A stretch of DNA of 64,000 bases. It comes from Candidatus Falkowbacteria bacterium GW2011_GWF2_43_32. Lineage in GTDB: Bacteria; Patescibacteriota; Patescibacteriia; Patescibacteriales; UBA12465. Of the stretch, positions 62,657 through 64,000 are shown in pieces (the stretch's first letter is position 1; every line of letters begins with the position of its first letter). The position numbers and the translations under genes are program-made. The notes below the pieces were generated by a model, which saw only the letters and a program-made list of their open reading frames with translations, made no database searches and was not told where the DNA came from. The stretch is from contig LCGL01000002.1 of NCBI GenBank assembly GCA_000999715.1, positions 26,136 to 90,135 on the forward strand, in the 5' to 3' direction.

Positions 62657-63712
62657 TTATTTTTGTTCTTGCCTGGCCGCCCGGTCCGCTTTCCTTAATT
62701 CTCCGACGATTTCTTGAATTTCGCCGTCCATGAGACGACTGATGCTGTGCCAGGAAAGATTAAGACGATGATCGGTGACGCGATCTTGCGGAAAATTGTA
62801 AGTGCGGATTTTATCCGAACGGTCGCCGCCGCCGACCTGAATTTGGCGGGCGGACGATTCGCTTTGGCGCCGTTCTTCTTCTTGACGCGCCAAGAGACGA
62901 GAACGTAAAACCTGTAGAGCTTTTTCTTTGTTTTGATGTTGAGATTTTTGATCTTGGCAACTGACGGTCACTCCGGTCGGAAGATGGAAAATCCGGATAG
63001 CCGAGTAAGTCGTATTGACGCTCTGGCCGCCCGGACCGCTGGAACAAAAAGTGTCGATTCTGATGTCGCCGGGTTTGATTTCAATATCCACCTCTTCCGC
63101 TTCCGGCAACACCACGACAGTCGCCGTGGAAGTATGAACTCGGCCTTGTTTTTCGGTTTCCGGCACGCGTTGGACGCGATGTGTGCCCGCTTCAAATTTC
63201 AATAAGCCATAGGCGCCGTCGCCTTTCACTTCAAAAATGATTTCTTTGAAACCGCCGATGCCGATGACGTTGGAATCAATCAAGCTTAACTTCCAACCGC
63301 GCCGTTCGCAATAACGAGAATACATCCGAAACAGGTCGCCGGCGAACAAAGCCGCTTCGTCGCCGCCCGTACCGGCGCGGATTTCCAGAATGGCATTTTT
63401 TTTGTCGTTCGGACCGGCGGGATTGATTTCTTCTTCCACTTCTTCGGCCAGTTTGGCGGCTTGAGCGTTCAGCCCGATCAACTCTTCCTGAGCCATGGCC
63501 TGAAGTTCTCCTTCTTTTTCTTGAGCGATAATATCGTTATTTTCTTTGATTTGCAGATTTATTTTTTCCAATTGCAAAATCAGCGTCAGCGATTTTTTTA
63601 AAGCGGCGTGTTCTTGCGATATTTTTATCAATTCTTTTTGATTGCCGATTAAGGCCGGGTCCATCAATTTGTTTTCCAAATCGGCAAAATGTTTTTTGAG
63701 CTCTTCGTACAT
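62657..63712 (-). CDS. prfA: peptide chain release factor 1
   Basis: 351 aa with a GGQ motif (SGPGGQSVNTT) and a P-x-T tripeptide anticodon region (RVPETEKQGRVHTS). Confidence 0.95.
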   Translation of the reverse strand: MYEELKKHFADLENKLMDPALIGNQKELIKISQEHAALKKSLTLILQLEKINLQIKENNDIIAQEKEGELQAMAQEELIGLNAQAAKLAEEVEEEINPAGPNDKKNAILEIRAGTGGDEAALFAGDLFRMYSRYCERRGWKLSLIDSNVIGIGGFKEIIFEVKGDGAYGLLKFEAGTHRVQRVPETEKQGRVHTSTATVVVLPEAEEVDIEIKPGDIRIDTFCSSGPGGQSVNTTYSAIRIFHLPTGVTVSCQDQKSQHQNKEKALQVLRSRLLARQEEERRQSESSARQIQVGGGDRSDKIRTYNFPQDRVTDHRLNLSWHSISRLMDGEIQEIVGELRKADRAARQEQK

Positions 63713-63741
63713 ATGGATATGCTTTTTTATTTTTACCTATC

Positions 63742-63808
63742 AAAAAACAACCGGTTTACATAATCATTTTAGCATGAATAGGCCGAATGATTAAGTCGGT
63801 TGTTTTTT
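63742..63808 (-). terminator. compound hairpin terminator after rpmE (12-bp outer stem, 8-bp inner stem)
   Basis: AAAAAACAACCG (63742-63753) pairs perfectly with CGGTTGTTTTTT (63797-63808). The inner TAATCATT/AATGATTA stem is also perfect. T-runs occur on both strands. Confidence 0.6.
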
Positions 63809-63814
63809 AAGCGG

Positions 63815-64000
63815 CTATTTTTTGTTTAATTTCACTTGACTGATTCTTTTCAAATCTTTGGTTTTCACGACCACCTCTTTTTTGGCGCGAACTTCGGCTC
63901 GGGCGGCCCGTTTGACTTTTTTGCCTTTTTTATCGCCGGCGCCGGCTTTGGCTTGAACTTTCGCCTGGAATTTTTCTACACGACGGGCAGTGTCCACCAA
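63815..64000 (-). CDS. rpmE: 50S ribosomal protein L31, C-terminal part (gene runs off the right edge) with Lys/Ala-rich extension
   Basis: VDTARRVEKFQAK matches the conserved L31 C-terminal VDT.GRV.RF motif. A further ~48 aa KA-rich tail follows. Confidence 0.7.
   Translation of the reverse strand: MVDTARRVEKFQAKVQAKAGAGDKKGKKVKRAARAEVRAKKEVVVKTKDLKRISQVKLNKK

Noticed and set aside
1-64000. Search for CRISPR arrays, rRNA genes, integrases, transposases, reverse transcriptases and IS ends
   Set aside because: I found no regularly spaced 25-40-bp repeats with unique spacers and no rRNA signatures. No ORF has integrase, transposase or RT motifs (R..H..Y, DDE, YxDD). The accessory island therefore has repeats but no visible mobility gene.
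1-64000. Alternative genetic code (UGA recoded, as in some candidate phyla)
   Set aside because: UGA terminates well-conserved genes at their expected ends: the P-type ATPase at 8412-8414, the higA-like gene at 28036-28038, prmC at 61643-61645 and the GHKL gene at 36871-36873. Conserved proteins are full-length without in-frame UGA. The standard code fits.

Overview
This 64-kb window appears to come from a small-genome, uncultivated-type bacterium. The gene content looks Patescibacteria/CPR-like, but that assignment is inference only. The standard genetic code applies (UGA is a stop) and most genes are on the + strand.

**Housekeeping and envelope genes**
- 1-22 kb: prs (partial), a DUF2779-type nuclease, a CaCA antiporter, greA, a P-type cation ATPase, a cold-shock protein, a PurM-like protein, typA, the lemA/TPM pair, a 4-gene operon ending in a fused double ATP-grasp ligase plus a CelD/FemAB-like GNAT, HU, a small HTH regulator, and a sigma/anti-sigma pair.
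- 22.7-26.4 kb: a 1224-aa secreted S-layer-like protein behind a long structured leader.
- 37.3-64 kb: an O-antigen-ligase/TPR protein, a 1328-aa amidase-LTD-LamG surface protein, RNase P RNA, a sugar-phosphotransferase with two glycosyltransferases, mnmA, tRNA-Leu(CAA), parA, parB, dnaE, an RNHCP protein, class I FBA, a SEDS protein, L25, prmC, prfA and L31 (partial).

**Accessory island (26.4-37.2 kb)**
- It is AT-richer by eye than the flanks.
- No integrase or transposase is present.
- It contains a NYN-domain gene bracketed by 33-bp direct repeats.
- It contains a higB/higA-like toxin-antitoxin pair with a palindromic operator.
- It contains a 1968-aa Sec-signal RHS polymorphic toxin with a Gly/Ala-zipper C-terminal tip and a trailing array of immunity-type genes and fragments. 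This block is bracketed by a 51-bp duplication of the higA 3' end.
- It ends with a translationally coupled GHKL-ATPase + STAS-like (DUF4325-type) pair with its own operator-bearing leaderless promoter.

**Best candidates for something undescribed**
- The GHKL/STAS-like pair is my best candidate for an uncharacterised system.
- The RHS island architecture, the double ATP-grasp/GNAT operon and the triple 28-bp palindrome upstream of the HTH regulator are the next most interesting.

No CRISPR array, rRNA or recognisable transposon was seen. All family assignments come from motif recognition by eye, not from database searches.
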